Shown here piece by piece: positions 51,076 through 64,000 of a stretch of 64,000 nt of DNA. The first letter of the stretch is position 1, and each line of letters starts with the position of its first letter. This stretch comes from Octopus sinensis (Eukaryota): assembly GCF_006345805.1 (NCBI RefSeq), contig NC_043005.1, forward strand, positions 10,788,001 through 10,852,000. Reading direction: 5' to 3'. Both the position numbers and the translations under genes were made by a program. The notes beneath the pieces were generated by a model that searched no databases, was not told the DNA's origin, and saw nothing but the letters and a program-made list of their open reading frames with translations.

Positions 51076-51347
51076 CACACATATATATATATATTTTATG
51101 ATATTGTTTAGGATAATTTATTGTTGAAATTTCAAATTTGATTCTATGTTGAATCTGATGGAATACAAGCACAAAATTCTGCCTGCTTTCAATGGACAGG
51201 AGAAATGATATTGTATGAGGTTTGTACATATTTAGGTGCATTAAAGATGTAAGTATTATGAAATGTCTACGAACCCTATTTCAAAACTGAGTTGTAAACT
51301 CAGCGTGCTTGTAGCTTACAACCTTGTATTTACATTTACAGACATTT

Positions 51348-51759
51348 ATAGGCGTAGGAGTGGCTGTGTGGTAAGTAGCTTGCTAACCAACCACATGGTT
51401 CCGGGTTCAGTCCTACTGCTTGGCATCTTGGGCAAATGTCTTCTGCTATAGCCTCGGGCCGACCAAAGCCTTGTGAGTGGATTTGGCAGACGGAAACTGA
51501 AAGAAGCCTGTCGTATATATGTATATATATGTATGTATGTGTGTGTATATGTTTGTGTGTTTGTCCCTCTAGCATTGCTTGACAACCGATGCTGGTGTGT
51601 TTACGTCCCCGTCACTTAGCGGTTCGGCAAAAGAGACTGATAGAATAAGTACTGGGCTTACAAAAGAATAAGTCCCGGGGTCGATTTGATCGACTAAAGG
51701 CGGTGCTCCAGCATGGCCGCAGTCAAATGACTGAAACAAGTAAAAGAGTAAAAAGAGAG
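51348..51759 (+). mobile_element. SINE family A
   Basis: Full-length copy. Confidence 0.92.
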
Positions 51760-52375
51760 TGTAATTAAGTTGCTTTTGTATCAGATTACAAATCTGATGC
51801 TATTCTCATTTCAAACACCATTTTGTTCCTTTATTTCCTGTCTCACATTGATGCACATAATCTATAATGCAATTTACATTAAACTTTAGCCCTTAATTTA
51901 TAACTTGCAAACCTGGTGTTCAGTTTCTGCCTGCGTGATGTGAGCTAATCTGGTTGTAACTAAGAGGTTATCTGATAAGCATTAAGGTCATGTTAACTAC
52001 CAAACATACACACACACACATGCTTTGTTCATCTTAGCTTATGAAACATTTGGAATAATCTAAGATTTTCTCTGCATCTGTAATTTTGTAAAGGTATTGA
52101 TTGTATTGACTCATCTCAGTATTAAATAATCTGCAAAGAGTTATGTCATTTATTCATAGGTAAATGTTTTCTTACACTATCAAATTAGATTGAGTTCGAT
52201 GATTTTTACAGTGAATTTATATATATTTAAACTTTATCTTTCTAAAGCAATTTACTAAAACTTAAATGAAAAACGTGATTTGTGGTTTTTATATATTGGG
52301 CCATATGTAATACTTTATTACTATATATGTATATATATATGTATATGTGTATATATATGTATATGTGTATATATA

Positions 52376-52416
<41 letters not shown>

Positions 52417-52954
52417 TTTCTGCACTTCCTCACACATGCACACACTCTTTATTTGTTATGAATACACAAGACACTTTTAAGCAGGCTTTATGTGATAGAA
52501 ATTTAAATTTTGTCGTTTTTATTATTTCAATTGTACTTATGTAATTACTTAATTATTTTGATGCAAAGACATTTGGGCTCCTCCTTGGCTGAGTAGGAAG
52601 ATTTTACTTTATATATCCCAAATGAAATTCAATTTATTCAGATATACTTTATATGATTTTACAAACATCTTTACCATTCTTTTATGTTTCCATGTTTCTA
52701 TATTTTCTATAGAACTTCTGTGTTTTGTTTTCCCTCCCCTCATTTTCTTTCATCTCATTATCATTTTATTTATTTCATCACCAAAAATCCTGCAAATGAC
52801 CTTCACATTAGTATCACAGATGACGCTTTTAGTAGTCGTATGCCCTTACCTCTGCACTACAATAAAGCAGTAGTATCTATATTTACATGTTAGCGTGTGT
52901 GAGTCAAAAGAGAGAGAGAGTGTATATGTGTGCACTATGTAATGTATGTATGTT

Positions 52955-53400
52955 AACAGGGTAATATATTTTGGGCAAATTATTCTTCCTACCTTTTAGT
53001 TAGTTTTGTTTCTGCTCATAATAGTGCATTCATCCCATGGCCTTATTTGCTCTGATTGTGCTGTGTTCTCGTTCAAAGATCTATTGGCACAACATTGACC
53101 ATTTCCTGCCCTTATATTTGGCCTTCAGTTGGTCCAGATTTTTGAAGTATAGGATTTCTATACACACTTTCTTTCAGATGATCCCACAAAAGGAAGTCTC
53201 AACAATTCAGATCAGGGCTCAGCACAGGCCATGGGTTCCGGTTTGGCAGAGAGAAGGACCAAACCCGCCGCTTCTCCTGCAGCCAACGGAGGCAAATGTC
53301 AACACTTTGAGGGATTACAACTTCCTGAATGAACCACAGACGAGCTTTTGTCAATGTCTATGTCTTCGTCTGGTAGCTGGCTAAAGCTTCCTTAATCATC
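52955..53400 (-). mobile_element. Tc1/mariner transposase remnant
   Basis: Minus-strand WFIQE...ICLRWLQEK...WPVLSPDLNC*DFLLWDHLKESVYRNP; TIR-like ACAGGGTAAT at 52956. Confidence 0.8.
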
Positions 53401-53884
53401 ACTTACATCTACCCTTCCGATGCCACTCAGTGTTGCTGTTATATTCGAAGAAGACTGGATATCTTATACAGCCTTAACTTAACTTAGTGCACTTAACACT
53501 ATATATATATATATATAACCTTCTGCATGCTGAAGGAACATTATCGGTGCTCTTGTATTTGCAATGTCCCCCATTATTCTTTAAATGGTGGTCGACATTT
53601 CTTTGCATTGTAAAGCATCATTGTAAAAGTTTATTTAATTAATTTATGTGGAAGGTGTTACTTCATGGGGAATTTGACCTAGTAATCATGGACTAATTAT
53701 CTCCTTTATATATATGCATATTTATTATTTATTCTCATTAAAGTACCCTGTGAATTTGTATTCACTACAAAATACTTCAAAATAAATCATTATGAAACGA
53801 CAAAAAAAAAAAGATAAGAAAAAATGGTTAGACCAATTAAGTTCTTAGTATATGTAGGTATTTGATGAATCAAGACACATTTGT

Positions 53885-53923
<39 letters not shown>

Positions 53924-55379
53924 ACACACACACATATACATACACAAACAGACAAGCTGTGCATAATTTCCAGAAGACATATCATATCAATCATAGCTTG
54001 AAAAGTCATCATCAAAGTAGCATTGATGGAGATAATAGTCCACAATTACATAGATCAAAGGAAAAGACCAAAGAAAAAAAAAAAAAGTAATAATACTCAT
54101 CTTTTCATTAATTTAAAAAATTTTTTCCTTTTTTTTTCTGTGTATGTATGCATCTTGGCTTTTTACACCAATATCTCAGAATTATGTTACAATATTTATG
54201 TTTTACAATCCAGAGTAAAAAATTTTGTAAAACTAGAATCTAGTCTTAGTTAGAATTTAGAAAATCCAAAGCAATAAATATTTATAAAAAAAGAAAAAAA
54301 AAAAAAGAAAAAAGAAAGATCTCATTTGGTTTTATAATCTCACATTTGAGAAGCACAATGTTAACTAGTCATATATTTTTTATTTATTTTTGCAAATTTT
54401 GTTCCACTTTAAGTTTAGTGTTTATCTTTTTGTCATCAGTATTACCATTTCTTTTTTAACTGGTAATCACAGATATCCCCATCCTCATTGAAAAGTTTTG
54501 CTAATGAGGTTAACAAAAGTAATGATTTTCTGTGGTGCTTCTATTATTTTTTTTTCTTTTGCTTATCAGACTTCCTCCATTCCCATCCCAATCCCTTCCC
54601 ATCTCATAATCTTTCTATGGTTTGTTAATCTTGTATTTTTAATAATAGAAAGAAATCAGTTCTTGTTGGACTATTGTTGTCTCTATATATTTTTAATAAA
54701 TGGAAGCTGTTAGTAATATTTATTGAAGAAAAAAGAAATTAAAGTTGTTTTGTAATATTTTATGAAATGATGTTATGAGTTTAATTTATTTGAAATTATA
54801 TTATTCAATTTATATGATTAACCATTAATTAATTCATGAGCAATAAACCAAAATTTAATACAGACCCTGCTTTATATCAATGTACAATTATTATTTAAAT
54901 TCTCTCAGAACTGTTATTCTCTGATGATAACCATTTAAAATGGAGGCCAAAACATATCTTTGTGTAATGCAGATATTTGTAATTAAATAGTAAATGCAGT
55001 TGTGAGCTTTTGAAAAAAATTCATATTTCTAATTTTCTAATGCAACTTTATGTACATTTTCAACAATTTTTTATATTCAAATAAAGCAAAAAAAAAAAAA
55101 AAAGTAAACAAAAACAGCAATACAAATAAACTTTCTTTTGAGTTCTGGTATGTTATCAATTTCGATTACTCCCCCCCCCCCAGCTCCTCATTCAAATTAT
55201 GTGTTCTCCTTTGTCCTGTACTGTGAAGATAGAGTTGGTTAAGACCAAACAAAAACATTAGAAGACGTACAGACCTAAAGTTGAAAATATGCTTTTAATT
55301 CAAAATTGTAGTTATATATTTTGATAGATGTATGTTTGAATTTGGATATTATTATTATTAATATTATTATTATTATTAT

Positions 55380-56480
55380 TGTTATTGGTGGTGGATTGGC
55401 AGAATTGTTAGAGTACCAGACAAAATGTTTTGTGGTATTTTTTCCAGCTCTTTGTGTTCTGAGTTCAAATCAAACCACGGTTGACTTTGCCTTTCATCCT
55501 TTCAGGGTTGATAAAATAAGTATCAGTTGAGTACACTAGTGTCAAAGTAATTGACTTACTGCGTTCCCTAAAATTTCTGGCTTTGTGCCAATATTAGAAT
55601 TATTATTACCAAGGTGGTGTGCTGGCAGAATTGTGAGTGCATTGGACAAAATGCTTCATAACATTTCTTGCAGCACTTTTCATTCTGATCACAAATCCTG
55701 CCATAGTCACCTTTGCTTTTCTTTCTTTCGGGGCCAATGAAATAAAGTACTAGTTGAACACTGAGGTCAATGTAGTTGACTCTTCAAAATTGTTGGTAAA
55801 ATTAGAAAATAGTTGTTATTATTATTAAGGCAGCGAATTGGCAGAATCGTTAGCACACTGGACAAAATGCTTAGCAGTATTTCATCTGTCACAACATTCT
55901 GAGTTCGAATTCTGCCGAGGTCGACTTTTGCCTTTCATCCTTTTGGGGGTCGATAAATTAAGTACCAGTTGTGTACTGGGGTCGATGTGGTCAACTGTCT
56001 CCCCCCCGACCAAATTTCAGGATGATTATTATTATTGTCATTGTTGTTGTTGTTGTAAATTGGCAGAATCATCAGAGTGTCAAACAAAATGCCTTGTGGT
56101 ATTTCTTCTGCCTTTTTACATTCTGGTTTCAAATTTCATTGAGGTCAACCGTTGGCTTTCATTTTTTGGAGTTAATAAAATAAAGTGCCAGTCAAGTACT
56201 GGACCCAATAACATTAACTAACCCACTCTCTTTAAAACTGCTGGCTTTGTGTCTAAATCAGAAACTCATTATTATTATTACTTATTGTGATAGATTGGCA
56301 GATTCATCAATTAGAGCATCAGACAAAATATATGCAATTGATTTTGTCTCTTTACACTCTGAATTCAATTCCCATCGTGGTCAACTTAGCCTTTCATCTT
56401 TCTGGGGTCGATAAAATAGAGTACTAGGGTCAAGTTAATCAATTAACTCAGTCCATCCCAATTTGTGGCCTTGTGCCACC
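55380..56480 (+). mobile_element. Head-to-tail cluster of about 5 SINE family C copies
   Basis: Repeated TTGGCAGAAT...CTTTCATC...ATAAAATAAGT units separated by (ATT)n; the best-preserved copy is 55827-56010. Confidence 0.75.
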
Positions 56481-56955
56481 ACTACTTCTAGGAGAGAGGG
56501 GGGAAATGGGGGGGGGAGAATAATTGCTAACACAGACAAACAAAAGAGTGTTACATTGGAATTTTTGACCTATAATATCTAATATTGATCTACTTTTCTC
56601 AAAAGGAAAAAAAAAAATGTTTTATTTAATTATGGATTCAACCATACATCCACTGAATTTCCTAATTGAAAAAAAAAAAAAAAAGATGTTCTGGACAAGT
56701 TATTTTTCTTACCTGTTTGTGATATTTTGTATCTCGTAAGGTGTCAAAAACTTTTGTCTCTGACAAAACTTCTTAACACTTAATAGTATACGAATACTAA
56801 TTGAATGTGAATGTAACAAACAATTTTTCTGTTTGTAAATGGTTATCATGGACTTTTTCATGCTGTTATGTATAGTTTCATGCTGTTATATATAGTGTTA
56901 TATATAGTTTCAACACGTGACCTCAGTTATTTGACAAGCAAATATAATACATTCC

Positions 56956-56993
<38 letters not shown>

Positions 56994-57364
56994 TTGTTTA
57001 AATTTGATTTATATTTCATAATTCCTTAAATAAATACCTTTCTTCTCAGTATGGTTTAACAATTCCTTTCTTACAGTGCATTATTGGGTTACAAGTCATT
57101 CTTAATTAGGTGCCAATTAGTGTATTCACACACATTTTTACATGGGTCAGTTATTGGCAATGTTATTTATTGATTCATTGAGATACATACATACAGCACA
57201 CACATACACACGTGTGTGTGTGCATGTATATATGTGTATATATGTATATGTGTGTGTGTGTGTATATATATATGTATATGTGTGTATATATGTGCATATA
57301 TATGTATATCTGTATATATATATGTATGTTTGTGTCTATTTATATGTATGTATGTTATATATAT

Positions 57365-57401
<37 letters not shown>

Positions 57402-58646
57402 CTAATGTATGTATGTATTCTGTTTGGGTTAAGGAATGAAATATCATTTGACATCATTATTTTATAGTTTTATTTAGAATTGTTATTGATCAAATCTTTC
57501 ATTGTGTCACAAACTAGCACTTTTTTTAAGGTGTATGATTAAGAGCTTGTTCATAATCCTCCCCTATCTTCCCCTCTCCATCCCCCCCTCTCTCTCTCTC
57601 TCTCATCTTGAGCTAATCAAAAATGTTATTGTTTTCTATTAGTGTTGGACAAATTGGTTGTGCATTGTTATTGAAAGAAGTGGTTAAATGCTAAACTCCT
57701 ATAGAAACAGTTTATTGGATTTGCAGAAAGCAATATGTTTTCTCAAATTTCAATATTTAATGAATGTAATAGTTTTTTTAAAAATTTTTTCATAGGAGTA
57801 ACCACTTAACAATTGACTAGCCCCCTCCCTCTATTCAGAAAGGGCCACTTGCCTAGAAAAAAAGCAACAAAACCAAAAATACATTATTTAAATATCCATT
57901 AAATTGTATGGTACTTTGATAGCATTTAAGTCATCCTAAACCAGTTTACTGTTTTCACTTGAATCATGTTTGTTTCAAAAAAACAAAAAAAAAAACATAG
58001 AAAAACAAAAACATAGAAAAATAAAAACAAAGAAAAAATCCATCCTTAATTTTGTAAGAATATCTTTTCTGACATTGCTTCCATTTTATCTTTTGCCAAA
58101 GATATAATTCATAATATCTTTTTTTATCTTTTTTTTAACTATTCCTCCTTTCTCTTTTTTTTATTTTCTTCAAATCTTGTTGGAGATATTTATAATTAAT
58201 CTGGCCAATACATTCAATTTGATCTCAGTTTAACTCTGAAATTCCTGTTAAATTTTATAAACAAACTGTTTTAAATATTTTGCTTTTTATATTTCCAATA
58301 ATTTCTCTAATGAGATTGTATGTGTTGAGCAGGTGGTGGGAAGTCGACTATTTCTCTTCTAAAACTGCAATATTACTTTCATTTTTTTTTTTTTAATGTA
58401 GAGTGGCAGGACTTCTATTCATTAAGCCTTCAATTAATTAATCTCTCATATATTTATTGAAGACATTACACATTATCTGCCTTCCAACTTGAAAATAAAA
58501 TCAATTTTGTTCAATAAAAAAATTATTTCTGAGACTTATGCATTTTCGCTACAGAATATAATCAATACTTTTCTGTATTTTATCTCTTTTTTTTTTAACC
58601 TACTTTTTCCTCTCTCTCTCTCTCTTTCTCTCCCCCACTCCCTCAG

Positions 58647-58727
58647 GTTACTGGGACTTGGGGTAGGGTCCGTGATAATGTGGCATTGTTCGATCCTTAT
58701 ATTGAAATATTCAGGAGTTGTATTTGA
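58647..58727 (+). other. Candidate exon start (strong splice acceptor, probably terminal exon)
   Basis: TTAAC branch-like site at ~58598, ~45 nt of near-pure pyrimidine without AG, then CAG|G and a GC/CpG-richer block; frame unknown. Confidence 0.4.
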
Positions 58728-59964
58728 TTATTGTTTTGAGACAGTTGTATAAAATGTGCTTTCGCTTTCTTCAATACAAATTAAATAGATATATAACTCT
58801 GTTTGGGGAGCAATTGAACATTTATCTATCCAAAGGAAGATTCTTGTCTTTCTCCTTTTATTTTTGAAATCTTTCCCTTTTTTGAGAGACTTTAAGTAAA
58901 GTTTATTAAATTAAAACAGTTTTTTTTTTCCTTGTTAATTAAATTCTTCATATCTGCTATCCATCATTAGTTACCAGCAAAGCTTTTCTTTATTCTCTCT
59001 ACCCAGCTTTAGTGTAATTCTTATTTCTTTAGTCTTTATTATATTGTTCTATAACTTTTAAATAATGGTTAACATTCTGCAACTATTTTCCACAATTAGA
59101 ATTTTTAACTATAGTCCTGTAAATCATTCAAGATTACTGTTAAGATTTCTATATATGTGTCTATATTTGTCTGTACAATGTTTGTTTTCTATATATAATA
59201 TGAATGTATATCTATGTATATATGTGTGTGAGTATATAATTATATATACACATGTATATATGGATGTGTATATATAAATATATATATATATTATGGTGTC
59301 TGTGGAGATAGGGGCAAATTTGGAAAAGTAGCCATAATATTATGGTAATAGGGGTGGTGGTGTATATACACGTGTCAAGTATATATTTATATACATATAT
59401 ACATATGTGTGTGTATGTATGCATATATGTATGTATATACACTTGTACATGCATATTACATAAAAAGATAAGTATCCATGTGTGTGTGTGTGTTACATCT
59501 ATGTATGCTTACATGCATAAAATGTACATACATTCACATACAATGATTTGTTTCCTTTTTCTTCCAATATTGTATTTTAGTTTATTATTTAAATTTTTTT
59601 TGGTACTTCATAAATTTACATTGAAATTTTGTCAGTGGAGTCTTACCGTTTACAATTTTCAATATGTAGCTAAACTAAAAAAGACGTCATAATACAATCA
59701 ATGTTAGAAATTGAATTTAGTAGCTTCAAAAATTGTTGTCTCTTGCAACTAAAATGTGTTGAATAGTTTTACAAATTTAGTATCAAATGATTTTTACCTA
59801 AGCATCCTGTAAACTGCCATCTATGTGCGTAAACACACACACACACATTCACACACACATTCATTCACACATACACACGCAAGCCGATCTACACGTTTTG
59901 TGTTTGTGTGTGTACATATACAGGTACATGCTCCTAAACATGTGTTTGTGTATGTGTGTGTATG

Positions 59965-59995
<31 letters not shown>

Positions 59996-60993
59996 TATAC
60001 ACACATGCACGCACATAAACATACACCATTCACTCATGATGCACACAAGTTGTAAAATATTGTCTTTTATCAAATTGTGTTAGAATATTCGTTAATAACA
60101 TTTTGTATAATTAAAAATGCAAGCGTGGTCCCAGCAGCTTTCAAGTATCTAAAAACATTTGCCCTTTTTTTTTTTTTTTTTAAGTATGTGTTTAATTATA
60201 AAGCAGTGGCAATTATGATGTGTTGTTTCCAATTGTTTTAGCAATGAAGTCAGACTTTAGAATATTCCAGTCTTATGATGTATATTCTAGAATTGTATTG
60301 ATGTATGTTTAATAAAATTTAATTGAAATAGTCAGAAGGTTTTTCTCTTTATTTTTCTCTGTGTATGTGTGTGCGCATATCTTTCTCTGTCTTTCGTTAA
60401 TTCATGTCTGTTTTGTGTGTGTGCATGTAATATAGTTGTCTGTTGATCATCGCTCTGTTCCTAGTTAATCTTATTTGAATAAATCCATATATAATTGAGC
60501 TGTAATAATCTTTTTTTTTTTTTCATTATTGGGGTGGAGCATAATGTATGTAAAGCTACATTGTCCACTGTGTCCGGATGTATGTTTTTTTTTTTGTTTG
60601 TTTGGTGGTGGTGGTGGTGGTGTTGGGGGTTTAAGACAGTAATATGTTATTTGAGGTAGTTTGGTTGCTATTTCTAGCAGTTTAAAGTGACACCATAATT
60701 CTCATATTGGTTAAAACATTATGCTTGTTCATCCTCAAGAAAGATTTCAAACCTGAATTTCATAAACCTATAAATCTTTTTATAAGAGAAGGTGGTGTGC
60801 AGTGACCCTTCTCTAAAAAATTAGGGACCCTTTTAGAAGACATATTCACTTATTTTACTTTACTTCATGTATATGTGTATTTTCTTGATAAAAACCATTA
60901 CCATTTCCCCCCCTGGATTGGAGCTTCTTTAACCCTTTCTTGACTATATTTCGGAAAAAATATCTATACCACTTTGAAATTTTTTTAATTTAT

Positions 60994-61316
60994 GCATCTT
61001 GGGCAAGTGTCTTCTGCTATAACCCTGGGCCGACCAATGCCTTGTGAGTGGATTTGGTTGACGGAAACTGAAAGAAGCCTGTCGTATATATGTATATATA
61101 TGTATATGTCTGTGTGTTTGTCCCCCTAGCATTGCTTGACAACCGATGCTGGTGTGTTTACGTCCCCGTCACTTAGCGGTTCAGCAAAAGAGACCGATAG
61201 AATAAGTACTGGGCTTACAAAGAATAAGTCTCGGGGTCGATTTGCTCGACTAAAGGCGGTGCTCCAGCATGGCCGCAGTCAAATGACTGAAACAAAAGAG
61301 TAAAAGAGAGAGAGAG
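60994..61316 (+). mobile_element. SINE family A, 5'-truncated
   Basis: Begins at GCATCTTGGGCAAG; intact tail. Confidence 0.88.
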
Positions 61317-63478
61317 TGTAGTAAAATGTGTAACTCGTACATTATAACGCGATGTTTGGAGTAAGAAGCAATGGTTTTTACATTAACTTATGATATAATA
61401 ACTTAATTTATAAACATATTGAAATTAGAGGGTTTTGTGTTATAGAGCTGGAGGTGCCTTCATGTAAGGTACTAATTGTTGTAATATATATGAAGCCTGA
61501 CTTAGAGAATTTATAGAAAATCCTAAGTTTCAAGGATAGAGAAAAATCCTACTGGTTTGATAGTTTGCAATCTTTGTTCTCATCCTGTCTAGTTTAAGCA
61601 ATTTTTTTCCCTTATGCCTCTCATTAATGTTCCATTAATGCATGGAATCAATATGATTTTGCATAATATTTAATTTAGCATTAATTCATTAATATTTTAT
61701 TAATAACTTTACTTAATGCTGAAAATATTTCTTTTCCAGTTACCTTATAAATGTTTTTCAAGACATTGCTAATTGCCAATCTACCTAATTAATCTTCATT
61801 TAAATGCATAGTTGTTAAATTTATGATCAAAGAATTTGGAAATACATTTTAAAGTTCACTCTTCTCATTCATTCTCTTTCTCATCATTCTAGTGAAAAAG
61901 TGACAGCTTCTATTCTATAGATCTTCTATGCTTTATTCTCTCTTGTTTATTTTGTTGTGGTGATTTTGCTAACTAGAACCATAATCAGTATAAGCCTCCC
62001 TTCATTTTAAACAGAGGAAAGGAATTGTGACACTCCTCTACTGCCAAATACCTTCCTCATGAATTCTCTCAAGTTCACTGGAGTGGAAATAAAACTGGGT
62101 CTGTTGGGACTTCTAAAATAAGGTAGTATTTGCAGATGGAATGGGATCTGACATATTCAGAATGGAGATGGGTGTTATCTGATAGTAGGTAAACAAGCAG
62201 GTATCTTTTAGATGAAAGCTAACTTAAGTGTTATTTTTGACTTTATCTAAAGTTATCTTACAGTTTTGCAAATATTTTCTCACAGAAAATATTTGCCAAC
62301 TAAATTATATTTAAATTTGAGTAGGATTTTGTTTATCATTGAAATTAAAGCAGTGTGCAGAATGTAAATTTCAGGATGTAGACCATACAGTTAATCAGAG
62401 TACACAGCCACAATATAAAACTTGTTCCCCTACACACACCTTATGTTAATTGTGAAGCAATACTTTGCCTGAGATGCTCTTGGAATCTTGGATTCCTAAA
62501 TTATATTCCTATTCAACTTAATAGCATTATTTTATCACAAGTTAGCTCTATGTTGGAATATTATCTAACAGTATTTGTAAAGGATTTTAAGCTTTCTAGT
62601 GATATGAGGAGTCCTTTCTTGTTAAATAAACCTTTAGCTTGAAATTTTTAAATATCCTTTCTTGTTTTATTTCCTTTCAAAACCTTTCAAGTTTGTGTCT
62701 GAATTTTTGCATGTGTTTATTTAGCAACATTTAAGTTTAATTAATTATTCTCATGAATAATTCAGTTATAGTGAATGTTTAGAACCCAAAATTTGATAAA
62801 GGAATCTTTTGAATATATTTGATTTGTTTCCTGAAAGGAGGGAAAAAAATGTGGTTTGGCATATCTCTGTTCTGTTTCTTGTCTGTTTAGTGATGTTTAT
62901 TAACAGTAAATCCAAATATTTAGAACCATCTAAGGGCAACCAACAACAGATGAATCCACTTTTGTCTAAGCCTGGAAGCAAGGACATTGTTTTTTACTGT
63001 CTTTGTAATAAAAGTGGTGATGTGAGAGAGAGAGATATGAGGAGATGCAGGAACTATTTAGCATAGGAGAAATCTGTTGGCTCATTTAATGAGTCCCCAT
63101 ACTTGCATAGGTTGGATGAAGATATATAATTGAGGTGTTGTTTCACTGCTGGATGCTTTCTCCTGTGCTAACCTCTACCTGTTTTTCAAGTAAGAGATAT
63201 TTAATCCATTTGTTTTCAAAAGCACTGAGCTCCAGGACAGTTTGTTGACTGGGGTTTGTCATTGCTTTTACTTCAGGGATTTCATACAAGGACATTGAAC
63301 AAGGTGAACATTCACATGGGAATAAAAGGAGCTAATTAGACATTTTATTGAGAGAGATGGTATTGCATATTGCAATGAGCATGTCTGAGCATGTGGTTGT
63401 TGATGGTAATATGTAATTTCTGAACTATCTATAAATAGTTTGGTGGGTAATTGTGCTTTGAATTCTATATCAATAAAA

Positions 63479-63870
63479 GGAGTGGCTGTGTAGTAAGTAG
63501 CTTGCTTACCAACCACATGGTTCTGGGTTCAGTCCCACTGCGTGGCATCTCGGGCAAGTGTCTTCTACTATAGCCTCGGGCCGACCAAAGCCTTGTGAGT
63601 GGATTTGGTAGACGGAAACTGAAAGAAGCCTGTCGTATATATGTATATATATGTATGTGTTTGTGTGTCTGTGTTTGTCCCCCCAACATCGCTTGACAAC
63701 CAATGCTGGTGTGTTTACGTCCCCGTAACTTAGCAGTTCGGCAAAAGAGACCGATAGAATAAGTACTAGGCTTACAAAGAATAAGTCCTGGGGTTGATTT
63801 GCTTGACTAAAAGGTGGTGCTCCAGCATGGCCACAGTCAAATGACTGAAACAAGTAAAAGAGAAAAGAGT
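63479..63870 (+). mobile_element. SINE family A
   Basis: Full-length copy. Confidence 0.92.
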
Positions 63871-64000
63871 AAATTAAATTGTGTGTGAGGTTAATATTGA
63901 TTCATTGCTCTAAAATGTTAGTGGTTGAAACATTACCATTTTGTTTTCTTGTACTAGGGATGTGTTAGAAGAGGTTCAATCAGTTACTGTTTACTAGACT

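Noticed and set aside
53037-53384. 115-aa + strand ORF as a standalone gene
   Set aside because: Antisense to a mariner transposase remnant; no domain signature.
790-63853. Dozens of ORFs rich in YI/CV/HT repeats (e.g. 5834-6256, 14254-14811)
   Set aside because: Translations of (TA)/(TG)/(CA) microsatellites, which lack stops by composition.
5212-63853. Recurrent ORFs ...LQHGRSQMTETSKRVK and ...CHAVGLNPEPCGW
   Set aside because: They map inside SINE family A copies; not a host gene family.
1-64000. Intact autonomous TE, viral insert or prokaryotic-type defence/RNA-guided system
   Set aside because: No long non-repetitive ORF exists; all RT and transposase traces are broken by stops and frameshifts.

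Overview
AT-rich, CpG-poor, microsatellite-laden eukaryotic DNA. Its SINE, RTE and MITE repertoire matches what I recall from Octopus genomes (inference, not a database result). The window looks mostly intronic/intergenic. The only well-supported host coding segment is a + strand exon at 10656/10720-11034 encoding one fibronectin type III domain, probably preceded by a signal peptide and ending at a phase-1 GT donor. Its downstream partner exons are not identifiable with certainty; phase-1-compatible candidates lie at 22213, 31487, 53178 and 58647. The rest is mobile DNA: >=3 tRNA-head SINE families (about 30 copies or fragments), RTE LINE ORF2 and 3' end remnants, a decayed Penelope-like element, Tc1/mariner remnants and MITEs, two TTAA-flanked piggyBac-type MITE families and three Helitron-like elements. 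Nearly all ORFs in the supplied track are artefacts of (TA)/(CA) repeats or SINEs. I found no intact autonomous element and no demonstrable new system. The best leads are the SP-FN3 gene architecture, a frame-preserving repeat with open frames on both strands at ~31.4-31.8 kb, and modular head/tail shuffling among SINEs.
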